NCBI GenBank assembly: GCA_977018835.1
Contig: OZ361260.1
Location: 1,178,001 to 1,242,000, forward strand
DNA from: Minutocellus sp. GHC0000111
Taxonomy: Eukaryota
Direction of reading: 5' to 3'
DNA length: 64,000 bases
Both the position numbers and the translations under genes were made by a program. Shown in pieces: positions 35,165-47,700 of this stretch (position 1 is its first letter; the number at the start of each line of letters is the position of its first letter). The notes under the pieces were generated by a model, which searched no databases, was not told where the DNA came from, and was given only the letters and a program-made list of their open reading frames with translations.

Positions 35165-35435
35165 CTGGTATCTACTAGAGTACGTAGCTACGTAGGCCTA
35201 GCTACGTAGCTACGTAGTACGAGTAGGCACGTACCTAGGTACTAGCCTAGCTACGTAGGCCTAGTAGCTCATCAGATCGCCACGGTCTCGTACTACGTAG
35301 GCCTACGTACGTAGTAACCGGTCGGGCCACCGGTTTTGGTTTGCTCGAGCGAGCAAAAGGCACTTCACCTTTCGCCTACTTAGCTAGATCTCCTACGTAG
35401 TAGCTCGGCTGCATGCAACTACATGTACATGTAAT
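35165..35435. repeat. Patch of TA-flanked short palindromes (TACGTA, TAGCTA, TAGGCCTA, TACCTAGGTA, TACATGTA)
   Basis: tacgtagctacgtaggcctagctacgtagctacgtagtacgagtaggcacgtacctaggtactagcctagctacgtaggcctagtagc... Confidence 0.85.
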
Positions 35436-35512
35436 CTTTGTTGTTTTCATCTAATATGCATTATTACATTATTGTTTCCAATGCCGTACCTAGGTACACA
35501 CTTATCCGTGTT

Positions 35513-37801
35513 TTACATGGCTGGTTGAATCGGCATCGGTTCTTCTCCTCGCTGCTCTGCCTTTTCTCTTTCCTCAGCAATCTTTTGGGCATCGTAGGCA
35601 GTGGCAATGTACACGTCCAAGATTGGGCCAAGCTGCTTATCGTTGGGATGCCTGGAGGCCAATTCTTCGAGCTTCTGGACCATGTGGCCAAGTTGGTGCG
35701 AGGTGTGTGGCCGGTGCTTATCACCGCTGCGCTCGGACTCTAGGTCCTTGACGCCAGAGGTGTTGAGATCTTTTCCCTTGTACTTGATGACCTTTTGCCA
35801 GACACATTCGACGGTGTTGGGATCTGTAGTGGCCTCAATGCCAACGGTCCGGTCCAGGAAGCGGGCAAGAGCCAAGGCATTGGCAGGTCCTTCGGCGTTA
35901 CTGACCACACCTTCATAGCTCAAGATCTGGCGCTCGACCTTTTCGCCGTCAGTGGACATACCGCCGAACTCGGAACCGTAGTGTTCGACCCAATAGGAGG
36001 TGTGATCGATCCAGCTCTGCATCTCCTCCTCTATTAGTGGAGTAGCGAAATATATATCACACATGGCAGAGGGTAAAATGCATTGCATTTGTGAGATCAC
36101 ATTATATCACAGGAGAGAAATTAAGGCCATGCGTAGATATCTCAAAGTATAAAACGATACATACCGAAATTAGCATTTCGCCATTTAAGCCATTCGTCCA
36201 GTGGTGCACGGGTGGAGTGTCCTGCTAGACCATTGTTTTGCTCGTAAAGATAGTTGTGGTATCTTGGAAGCGCATTCATTGGATGACGAATCATAACAAA
36301 TGCTCTTGGAAAACTAAACTTGAGACCAGGCTCACCTTCTGTTCGTCCCATCATGCTACCAATATTTGGGTTGCCTTCCTTGTGGGGGAAGTGAGTTTTC
36401 ACAGTGATGGACTCGTCCCATGCTACCTCGTTGATGCGATGGTCGTCTCCAGTCTGGATACCAGTAAGACCGGTAATGAGATTCCACGACATTTTTGCTC
36501 CACTGCCGGGGTACGACGCTGCAAACGTTGGTGCACTCTTCTCAGTGGGGGGGGAGACCCTCCAATACCTGGCAGTCTCCAGGTGCTGCTTCATCCACAA
36601 TAACCTCCTGATCTGGCTCAGTCTCGCCCTCGAGCTCGAGTACTTCTTCGAGGACCTCGGCCTCTTGGGGAGGTTGCTGCTCAGTGAGCTCCTCGAGAAT
36701 TTCTTCTTGGACAATCTCCTCGATGATCTCTTCCTCAGCCTCCAATTCTTCTTCCATGGCGGCGTTGACAACTGTCTCCGAGAAGGGCTGAGGCTGAAAG
36801 GCTGATCCCAAGGGGTCATCAACGTTGAACTCAGGCGAAAGACCAGGCTGTCCAGGCAGGACCTGATTTATGAGGAGAAGCAATCGATCGAATGAGGATA
36901 AAACGTTGAATAAGAAAAGTCAGAATATAGAATAAACGGCAAGGGACGGGTCATCTAACACCTCCTAGCGGCATTCTTTGCTTTGTTCTGTTCTATGCTG
37001 TTCTCATGTACATGTATGCGCATTCTTTGCTGATTTGTAATATGTATGATGTACAGTCACAAAAATACAACCTACCTCGCTGTCCTGGTGAGCATGCTCA
37101 TGTTCTCGGGGCACCTGGATGTATTCGAATGACTGGTCATCCATGAGACCTTCTGGTGTCGAATTACCTTCCGTTTTGCCGGGAGGAGGACCAGCAGATG
37201 ATGTCTCTTCCAGTGCCTCGAGGGCTTCTTGGAGATCTGGATCTGCATCGGCAGTATTAGAATCCATCAACTCGTCCAGCCCATGCTCATTGTCTTCGTC
37301 GTCCACCTTGTCCTTGTCGGAATTGCCTAGGAAAGAGATACCAAATAGTTCTCTCTTTTTGCTTTTGACCTTTCGCCGGTCTTTGGCTGAGCCATCGAGA
37401 CCCTCGCCCAGCTGCCGGTTGGTCTGCTCTGCCTCGCTCCGTTCGGCCTGAGCCTCCAGCTGACGATTGTTGGTGTCAGCTCCCACGGCCGAAGCTCTCC
37501 GATGAACAGGTTGCTTGCCCCTGCCTCGGGCAGCACTATTCGCAGCAGCGGCGGCCTTTTGCCTCTGCCTCCTTTTGCCAGTATCCTGAACCTTGAGCTG
37601 CCGTCGGAGGTTGGCCGATGAGGATGAGGAGGATCCACCATCTTCGACAAGTAGCACGTATCCAATGACTCCCAGAATAATGATAAGAGGGAGAGACTGG
37701 GAACGCTTTCGGCTGGAGGAGAAGGGGCCCTCCCTCTTGTTGGCCTCGCCGCCGTCGGGGAAGAAAAATCGCCTCGTTCGTCTCCTCGCTGAGGTCGTCA
37801 T
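35513..37801 (-). CDS. WSCD-type membrane sulfotransferase, 3 exons, homopolymer frameshift at 36547-36554
   Basis: ASYPGSGAKM (5'-PSB), VKTHFPH, MIRHPMNALP. Introns 36863-37075 and 36031-36164. N-terminal TM. Confidence 0.8.
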
Positions 37802-38267
37802 GGTGTTGAGAAAAGTGAAAGTAGGAGAGAGCGAGCAGCTGGTCGACAAAAGGTCATGGTCGGTCATTTGAATTGGCATCAGGGCAGGCTAGAGGGTAAA
37901 AAATTAAATTACGTCTCTATGACATCATCATCCTGGGCCGGCTGGCTCGCGGAACAAAAAACCACAAGAAAACCAAAGCCACGTTGCATTGCCAAAGTAG
38001 GCCTAAGTGTCGGTTGGTTTTGGCTGTAATCCTGCTTGCGTATTCGCCACATGCATTCCACGTTGCTTTGTGCTTTACATCCCTGGGGAGGCTTTGTTTC
38101 AGGAAAGTGTTGAGATTACTTCTCTGATTCTTTCATCGCATTTTTCAATCGCAAAACAAGCACATCTTGTGTTTCATTCCCTGGTGGTCGGTCGTTGGTC
38201 TTGGTTAGGACTTCCCACTCGTCAATTGTATTACTAGTATCAGAAAGACCAACATTCGACGTCGATC

Positions 38268-40059
38268 ATGAATAATTCTGAACGAAATGGCGATTTGGAG
38301 GCGGGGTCGGACAGCACGAAAAGTGCTGCTGCTGCTGCTGCTGTCTCGGCCAGCGTCTCGTTTGATATCGATGGCGGAGGAAGAGCAGGCCATAATACCG
38401 CAATGAAGGGTCAGTCGGCATTTTCGTACAATCAAATGTCGGATGCGTCGCCAAATGCAGCCCAAGCCGACAACGGAAGCAGCTACGACCCACCGTCCAT
38501 AGCACCGGCGAGGAGCAATGTCAGTCATCAAACGCAACTTACCACGGTGACCGATTGGACACAAATGGAACAGAACTATCGCGAATCCTCGGTCTGTACG
38601 GAGGCCATCGAGGCCAATGGCCTCAAGAATCCACTGAGCTTTGGCATCATCTGTGCAGTTATTTTCGTTGGCGAGATGGCTCGTGGCATCATGCTGCCGA
38701 CGCTTTGGGGATTCGTGCAGGAATTGGGCGGGGATACAGTCACGATGGGTTACAGCGTGGCCGCCTTCTCGTTCGGCCGGGTCGTCACCTCCCCAATCTT
38801 TGGTTATTTGAGCGTGGAACGGGGTTATCGCTTCACCCTAACCATTGCTCTATCGGTGTTGAGCACCGGTGCCTTCCTGTATGCCCAGGCCGGCGTCGTT
38901 GGCCGTCCTCTCTTTCTCATCTTCGCACAAAGCGTCATGGGATTCGGGTCTGGCACATTGGGAGTCACGAGAGCATATGTGGCCGAGGTGAGCCCCAAGA
39001 AGTTGCGTACTCGATACCTTGCCTATTTGGCCCTGGTGCGTGATGCTGGCTTTACCGTCACGCCGTTTGCTGGGTCGGCATTGGCATACTTTTTTACCGA
39101 TGAAGATGGCAATGAGGAGAACGTTGTTCAGACGTCGTATTTTTTGCTCAACATGTACACCAGTCCGGCATATCTGCTCTTTATATGCTGCGTCGTTGAA
39201 ACACTAATGGTAGTATTCTTCCTCGAACACAAGCGTCGAGAGGTGATGCCCAAGCTAACCAAAATGACGAGCCGACGATTGAAGGAAGCATCAGAACAAC
39301 CTGCGGCCGTTGTTTTGGGAGCCCAAAAAACAGTACTGGACATGTCTGTAATTGACGTTACAATTTGGGGCATCGTTGTACTGAATGTGATATCCAAGGG
39401 CGCTCTCTCTACGTACGAGACGCTTGGTGTCAAGCTTGCGGGCGAGGTTTTCGGGGTACCTTCCACAACTTTCGGCGTAACGATTGGCATTTGCGGTCTG
39501 ATCGGGATGTTTGTTTTGCTCAATTTTAAATACGTGTCCAAATATTTGACCGATGCACAGCTAGTAGTTGGAGGCCAAATCTTCTTTGCCACCGGCATTG
39601 CCATTATGACGGATTATGGTGGCGACGGCATGTACGGCAACATGGCAAAATTCTATTCCGGATTCTTCTTCATTTTTGCTCTTGGATTTCCGGTCAAGTG
39701 AGTATTGCAATCATTGGTGCTCAATTTTATCATCTTCTTCCCACTACGTAGTATTTCTATCATGAAACTGACTCTTGCTTCTCTCCTTCTTTATACTACC
39801 ATGGTACAGCGATACTTCTGTTGTTGGGCTCTTTTCCAAGGTTTGTGGAAATAAGCCGCAGGGTACCTTGCAAGGTCTTCTAGCCATGAGTTCTGCCATC
39901 GCTCGCCTCGTTATGCCAATCATTAGCGCATATATTTGCCAGTATCTCAACATGTCGGTGCTCTTCATCTCTCTGGTTGTAATTCTGCTCGTTTCGGCTC
40001 TGGTTGTGCTTCGTTATCGAGGAATTATTGAACTCCTCTCGTCTAGCATGCGGCATTGA
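38268..40059 (+). CDS. MFS transporter (MFSD8/CLN7-like), 2 exons
   Basis: About 12 hydrophobic segments, AFSFGRVVTSPIFG, GFGSGTLGVTRAYVA. Phase-2 intron 39698-39809. Confidence 0.88.
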
Positions 40060-40171
40060 GAACGGTGTCAGATAACTGCACACGTACCGATGGCGTAGTC
40101 GTAAGTCTATTTCTATTGATTTTATGTACACTGTAGTATGCGTGTGATACACTGCTATTATGCGCCCAAGC

Positions 40172-41170
40172 CTACTCTGCCGCCTGCTTTCTTGGAAACA
40201 AGACGCACAATGCGACCTGAATAAAGCCAAGTCCCGCCCCGAGAGAGTTTGGAACAGCAATGACAAGGTCTTTCGTAGCAATACCGAACCCACCCCAGAA
40301 GATGCCGTTGAATGTTGCAGTAAGCATCGAAGGGATATGAATGGATACCGAATTCCTCGTCTTTAAAACCTTGGCAATCGTTGACAGAGGAGCAGCGTAG
40401 AAGAACACGAGGTTGCAATTGACCACAATACCAATGAACAGCTCACGTTGCCTTGCGGAGAAGGGCAGGAACGCAGCCAGCGTGAGAAAAATTAGCCAGA
40501 ATGCGGTAATGATTGTTGTGGTCTTTTCGTGCGGTGATGGTATGCTTCGTTCCTGGGTCGTCACTTGAAGGACTAACTTGCCAACCTCCAACAGCCTATT
40601 TTGTCGGTCGTCATTGGCAACATCAATATCAACGCCACCTTCAGCATCTGTTTTTTCTTCACATGCCATCCGATTCTCGCCATCCTCCTTCTTCTCCTCG
40701 CATGTCACCCCATTCTCCAAGTCACTACCAAGAGTAGCGTCCCCCCTAAACTGGACCATGGACTGCCGTCGCACATCCTCCTCGTGCTTAACGACAAAAT
40801 CAACCACGCTGCTACGAATTTCCTTGGCCAACCGAGAATGGTACTGCAGCTTTGACGCGCACAAATTGAACCAGACGGATAGAATGAGACCAGTTCCGTT
40901 GGGAATGACGAGGGTGATGGCACCCGCCAGATCGACTGGGTTTTTTGTCGCGTACCACCGAAACACGTACAGGTAGGCGTAGCAAACCCACCCGATGCAA
41001 TTCCCTAGCATCATGCTCCATGGCGTAGGGTTGAGGTCGCCGAGCGTGCCCCGTCGGTTGGCGGTCTTTATAGCTTCCACAGGTGAAAGGAACCACGCCA
41101 ACCCCGTGAGGATGCCCAACGAGGGGAAGAGAAAGGACAGGACGATCTCCTGTGCGGTAAACTGGGCCAT
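40172..41170 (-). CDS. SWEET: SWEET (MtN3/saliva) sugar transporter
   Basis: FLSP...LGDLNPTPW...NCIGWVCYA...PNG and FYAAPLSTIAKVLKTRNSVSI...FW..FG...PNSLG repeats. Confidence 0.92.
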   Translation of the reverse strand: MAQFTAQEIVLSFLFPSLGILTGLAWFLSPVEAIKTANRRGTLGDLNPTPWSMMLGNCIGWVCYAYLYVFRWYATKNPVDLAGAITLVIPNGTGLILSVWFNLCASKLQYHSRLAKEIRSSVVDFVVKHEEDVRRQSMVQFRGDATLGSDLENGVTCEEKKEDGENRMACEEKTDAEGGVDIDVANDDRQNRLLEVGKLVLQVTTQERSIPSPHEKTTTIITAFWLIFLTLAAFLPFSARQRELFIGIVVNCNLVFFYAAPLSTIAKVLKTRNSVSIHIPSMLTATFNGIFWGGFGIATKDLVIAVPNSLGAGLGFIQVALCVLFPRKQAAE

Positions 41171-41732
41171 TGTTGAGTGCTGCTGGCTGGACGCTTGGCT
41201 GGTGAGACTGTGAGACTGATCAGCAGCTTGGCGGCTGGTCTGAGTCTGAGGTGGTTACGGTTACGCGCATTTTTGTTGGTCGGTGCGGTCGGTCAAGGTC
41301 TAAAGGAACCCGGAACCGATGAACCCGTTGCTACCTCTCTTGCGCCTCGCGCCCCCCCCCCGCCAAGCAAAGCTGATCGACGAAGCAAGTGAGCAAGATA
41401 CATACTAGTATCGATACCTTTACCCAAGGAATTAAAAGCAACAATCGAACGACGCAAGAGTGTTTGCTGGTATCTTGGAGAATTGTTTGCTTTGAGATAG
41501 CTTCTCTGCGTGAGAAAAACAAAGTTGAGTACACGTTTTTACGTAGTTAGAGTCAGTCCAAGAAAGTCAAATCCGCGCGGGGCCGGGAGCTCCTTGCCTG
41601 GCTGGGTCCTGCATCTCTCGAGATATTGCTTCGGCCGGAAAATCGCACGCCTTGCTTTGGCTGGCATTGACTCGACCCTTTGTATCCTGCGATACCTCTG
41701 ACTAGCTAGGCACAAGGAAGGTATTCGATCGC

Positions 41733-44700
41733 ATGTCGGACCCGTCAGGCGGCAGCAGCAGCAGCAGCGGCGGCCGTCGTCGGGTGACCCGCCAAAGCGG
41801 CGGCGCTGCCGCTGGTGCGTCCGGCGCCGGTGCCAATGCCGACGAGGGAGGTGATGCGCCCCCTGTGGTTCGGCGGTCTCCCCGATCCGCGTCGACGACC
41901 CATGGCGCCAATGGTGCTGCGGCGTCAGGCGCCGGCGCGACCGGTGGGAACGGAAACGGAGCATCGGCCCCTCCTCTCGGTGGATCTGCTGCTGGTGCTG
42001 CAGCAGCGGAGGCAGAGGCGGAGCGGCGACGGCTGGCGCACGCGGCGGAGCGCCTGCGGCACGCGATGGCCGCCCTCGACGAGGACGATAGCGGTGATGA
42101 CCATGACGATGGTGAGGACGACAATGAATCGTCGGACGAGTCGACGGATGAGGACGACGAGCACGATGAGGAGGAGGAGGAGGACGACGACGACGATATT
42201 GAGTTCGGACCTGAGTTCGACATGCAGATGCGTATGCGGGCCGAAAGGGAGACCGATCTACTCAATTTGGCCATGATATCCGATCGCGCCAGGGTGGAGG
42301 TCAGAGCTGCGGCTGGTGCGGGGGGCAGCGGCAGGAGAAGGAGGGTGACCAGTGCTGGTGCAGGTGCAGGTACAGGTTCAGGTACAGGCGGCGGCAGTGC
42401 TGCGGCAAGGAACGGAGCTCGAATCACCGACCCGCTTCGAAGGGAGCAGCAAGCATCCACGACGAATGCAGCTGGGTCTCCTGCAGGTGGTGCAAGTGGG
42501 CCTAAAGTTGCAGCGGCGCGACGTTCCGCCCGCCGAGGTGTTGCATCTGCAGATGCGACTGCTTCTACCAACGGTACGAGTACAGCTGCTTCGTCAACTA
42601 CCAGTACTTCCACTACCAGATCGAACCGTCGCGAGGCACTTGAGAGGGCACGTGGTGCAGCAGCTGCGAGTACTCGTGGGGCTGCCGGATCTGCGGCGAG
42701 GGGTACTAGCAGTGGTGGAACTCCCAATGCCACCTCCAGAGCTCTCGCTCGGCAGGAAAATATGAGTCCAGTCGATGCGGCCAATTTGGGCCCCCCGACG
42801 GGCATCCGCAACGATGAGGGGGCAATGACGTACTACCCGCCCCTTCCCGGAGGCAGTGGTGGTGGTACAGGGGCCGGGCCGGGTATCCTGACTCGCGGTG
42901 GGGGTAGAAATCCTGCCCCTCCTCGTCCTGCTAGGGCTGTGAGGGGTGCTGGGGCTGGCGCTGGGGCCGGTGCCCGTGCCGCGCCTGTCCCACCCAGAAT
43001 AATCCCCCCGGCGCATCCAGCTGGATTCCCCGGGGATGTTGTTGGCGACTGGCGAGATGATGCCGTTGGTCTTCCTCGTGTGGGTCCTCCTCCTGTTCCA
43101 GTAGGCTACGCTGCCTACCCACATATTGGAGGAGCTGGAGGAGTAGGCCGGTATTTTCCCGGAGTTCAGGGCAGTGCCAGATCTGTGCACGCAGCAGCCG
43201 CCGCTGCTGCGGCTAGGGGCAGCGATGTGGTCGATCCCACCGCCCTATTGGTTGCCTGCACACGTCGATTCGGCAGCAACTTTTACCCTGATCCTCTCGT
43301 TCCATATTGTGGGCGCAGGCTGGGCCGGAACGTGGTACCCAGCCGAGATGGTACCTGCTCGCCTCTTGCCAGCAGCAGAGGACGTGTGTCGACCTGCCCA
43401 AGCTGCACGAGATTGCATGACTCCCTGCGTCTTTCGCGGTTGCGATTTATGTTCGGAAAGGCTTCGGATATTGTCGCCCCTGACATTGATAGCGCTATCG
43501 ATGCAAAGCTTGATGATTCCGATTCTTCTGCTGGTGTAAATCCAGAGGGAATTGTCGTCAGTGATGCAGCTCTAGTGGCTGCCCTTCGAAGCAACTCGGG
43601 TCAATTTTCTGGGTCGGTGTCGCTGTTGGCAAAACAACTTGGTATCAAACCTCGGCCTCACCCTCGAGAAATTGCTTACGTCGCTCGTGTACTTGGACTC
43701 CCAGAAACATTGGCGCGTATCGCTCTGAAGAAGAAAGATTGTGACACGACTGTCAGCATCGGATGGATTTGTGGTTTTGCCGGTTCGGGTGCCATCGGGA
43801 CTTCTCCCGATACAAGTCCAATGGCAATTTGCTATCAGGAGGCTCTGAAAGAGGAGCTGAAGTCTTCGTCGGCTGCCGCAGCGTCGACGGAAACAGAGGG
43901 TGACAAGGATACCGCTCGCAGTACTGTGGACGAAGAAGGATTGGCGGTCCTGTGCTCTCTTTGTACCGAATTCAACCAATCAGATCAATCTCTGGCCAAG
44001 CCTTCTACTTCCTCCTCGTCGCCCACTTTTCGCAGTCGCAAGAAAACTGGTGAGCGCAAGACCACTGGGCGGGATGAGAAATCTAAGGACGAACACAAGA
44101 TGGATATTGCTAGCAGTTCTGAAGACGAACCGTTTCTTTTCGATGGGCACTGTCTCGTTCCAGCAAAGAATTACGCAAAAAATATCCACTCGACTGCGGC
44201 CAAGGATGGCGAGGGAGAGAAGCCGCTGGAAGAAAGTGATCGAAAGATACTCCAGTCTGTATTCGATGCAAAAATCAATGTGCCCAGTCCAGATCCTGTT
44301 CTCATGAAGGGATTAGCTACTATTATTGCACAGTCCAAGGAGAAGCGGAAGGGCAAGGAAGAGGGTGAGGGGCTCAAGTTTGTTATTAATGACTTGAGCC
44401 CTGCAACTCAGCACAAGCTATTTCGGTATGCAATGGAGGTGAGTTTGAAGTTGCTTTGCATGAGAAGATGTCTTGCTTTTGAGGCACATGTGCACATGGA
44501 CCGATGCCTTATATTGATTAGCTCACAATTTCCCTCCCCATTTCCATGCCTTTTGATATTTTCCTCCAATAAAGAATGCCATTGAGCGATGTCCTCTTTG
44601 CACTCTCCCGGTTCCATCCCCGCTGGCTGGTAATCGCCACTGCTCCCAGTGCCAGATGTGCGAAGGATGCATTCGCTTCAACCGCTTCGAGAGATTTACC

Positions 44701-47700
44701 AAATTCTCTGTCGTGGAGGAAGAACCTTCTCTTTCGGCACTTCGTCGCAAGAATGCGCCCGCGCCAAAGAAGGGGGTAAAGAAAATGGTTGCAAGAAAGA
44801 CCCAGAGAGAACAGGCTGCTGCCGGTAGAGTAGTATCTGGAACTCCGACTTCCGCCAATGCTGCCACAAAATCCACTGCGCGCTCCACATCTTCTACGAA
44901 AAAGGCCAAACCGATACCAAATGACGACGATTACATCTCAGAAGAGGACGAAGACTACGACCCAATGCAGGATTCGGATGATGGAGAAGCAAGTGACATG
45001 GACTTGGATGACAGGGACGGTTTTATCGACGAATCGGCTTTAGCTTGGGAGGACAATAGTGGAAAGAGCAGCAGCATCGTTCATATGTGTTGTTCTCAAC
45101 CCAATGGATCGCATTTGCATCATCACCCTCTCTTTCTTCAGTTCACAAGAAACAAAACGGCGCATTGTGATATCGAAGGCCCTTGTTGCACAGGACTGAA
45201 CCGAACGATTCGATGGCACGTCAGCTGGAGCTGCAGCGTCTGCGATTTTGATGTTTGTCACGTGTGTGCAGGGAAGGAGCCTCCGTCATCACCTACCAGC
45301 GCTGTCGCAGCTGATGGCAATGGTACCTTTGATCGAAGGCTTGCGGTCTTTGTGCCCCCGAAAGGAGCTGCTGCAACCACTACGGCAGCCAGTGGCAAAT
45401 CAAAGCGCTCTATCTTGAAGACCGGTGAAGCTACCACCACTGGAACTGGTGCCACTGCCGAAGCGATTGCGAGGAGACAACTGACAAGGACAAATCCCCG
45501 TGCTTCCCCTACCTCTGCTTCCGCTAGCTCGGGCCGCTCAGCAAATTCGCGGCGAACAGTCTCAGCCCCAGCTGCTTCTTCGTCACCTGCTTCGCGGGCT
45601 GCCCCAGGTGCCGCTGCGAGCAGAAGTCCCGGAATGGGAGCGGCTCGTTCCCTTGCATCGTCGCGGTCTGTGTCTGCGCCCGCGCCCGCAGCTTCCGCCT
45701 CTGCTGCTAGTAGAGCTGCGGCTTCGAATGGCAGAGCTGCTGCAGCTGCGAGAGCCGCGGTGGGAAGGCCGCCGCCAGCAAATGCCGGGGGACTACATGA
45801 CCCACTGGCTGCAGGACCTCCTCCTTTAGGTATGCCCGTGGCAGGCGTCCTGCCCGTCCCTGTTGGTGCCGACCCAATGGACTATTTTGGCCAAGTATTC
45901 GAGAGACTCGGCGCTGCTGCTGCTGCGCATCTCCCCCCAGGTGCTCCTCGTTTGAGAGCACTCGACATGCTACCTGCTATGGCCGGTGGGGCTCCTGGAC
46001 TTGGTCTGATCGCAACCATTGGTGGCCGGGGCGTCGGCGTTCGTCTTAGAGATGCGCGCGGTGCTGCCGGCACTGTTGGGGCTGCCGGGGCTGCTGGGGC
46101 GCGGCAAAGAAGAGCCATTGAAAAATCGCAAAAGAAGAAGGACAACAAACTCGTGACGCAAATATGGAATGTTGAGCCTCCTCCTTCCCCTGGCAAAGGT
46201 GCTGGCATTGTTGTTGTAAATACTGGAGTCGTTACCCCAAACACTACCACAGAACTTGGAAGCGGATTGCTGAGCCCGGCATCTGTGACCGATTATGGTC
46301 GCATGTGGCTCAATGCTCTAACTCGAAATGCGCCGGGAGGAATTGCCGGAACGCATGGATCTAGCGCTGGGCCCAACAAGAGCTCTTCATCAATGGTTCT
46401 CTTGACCGAGGACGCCAAGGCAGCTCTCGCATCTTTCCTTAGGTATACAGGAGAGGACGGGAAACAGTCAACACCGACCGCCCTCGATATTACCACGGCA
46501 GAGCTCTATTGCCAAAAGATTCAATCATTGGTGCCAGCTCGAGCTTCGGCGATCAAGGTGAAGGCCTACGCCATGATCGCATCCGGTAAATTGGGATTGG
46601 TTGGTACTATAATAGCAGCAGCCTCCTTCGCACCGCTTGCTTTATCCAGGGCGACCAATGCCTCCGCAACATCCGGCAGCGCAGCCGCAACTACTACTGC
46701 TACTACCACATCCCCACCGGCGGAACCTCAAACACCAACTAGATCAAACAGGAAGCGCAAACGTGATTCATCTCCCCATGGCAAGGAGAAGAAGGACAGC
46801 GCCGAAACTCCATCGAAAAGGACAGCAGTTATATCTCATCCTACGACGAACGTATGTTTCTGTGGATCTCCCATTGACCTCAAAACGGCCCCTGATGGTT
46901 GCGTCGGCTGCCTCCAATGTGGCCATGCTTGCCACGCGCCTTGTGCGGCAGACTTACTACTTGGTGGCGGAGTCTGTCCGGCTTGTCGAGCACCCTTCTA
47001 TCAGCCGCAGCTTGGTTCCGACGAAAGTCAGGCAGCTGATGGAATTTTCCACAAGGAATTGCTCGACATGGACAAGCCAGAGCCCGAGGACGGAGCCGGG
47101 GAGGGTGGTAGCAGCGAGAGTGAGAAGAAGCAAGGTTCCAACGACGGTGACGATGATGCGAAATCTCCCAATGGTACTCAAGTCGATGTTAAGGAGGGTG
47201 ATTATGTTCGCATTTCCGCAGACCGTGAGCTCTGTGAAAGTATCCAGTCGACTTGTCCGACTTCAGGTGGTTGGTTCTCGGACATGACGGACTGTCTTGG
47301 TGCCGAGGGTCAGGTCATCGCTATCGTTCCTCTCGGCGGTATCGGGACAACGACAAAGGCCTATCGTATTCGAATCAAAGTGCCCTATCCTCCTCCGGAA
47401 TCTACATTGAATGCCAATGCCGCCTCCGATGCTACAAAGAAGAAGCAGAAAAGGGCGGAATGCAACAGCACCAGAAGACACGCTTTTCGCTACACACGTC
47501 GCTGTCGCACCCTTCAGGCTGGAAGAGGCAATGTTGATGGCCACTCCAGTATTAGTAGCGCCTGCATCGAATGCCACCGATCCTCCGATGAGATGCGGCT
47601 GTGTTCAAATTGCGAGACTTGCATGACTTGCCTCACCCGCAATCCTAGCAAAGCAGAGTACTGCACCAGCACGGTGTACCAGTGCGTTTGGAACGAATCC

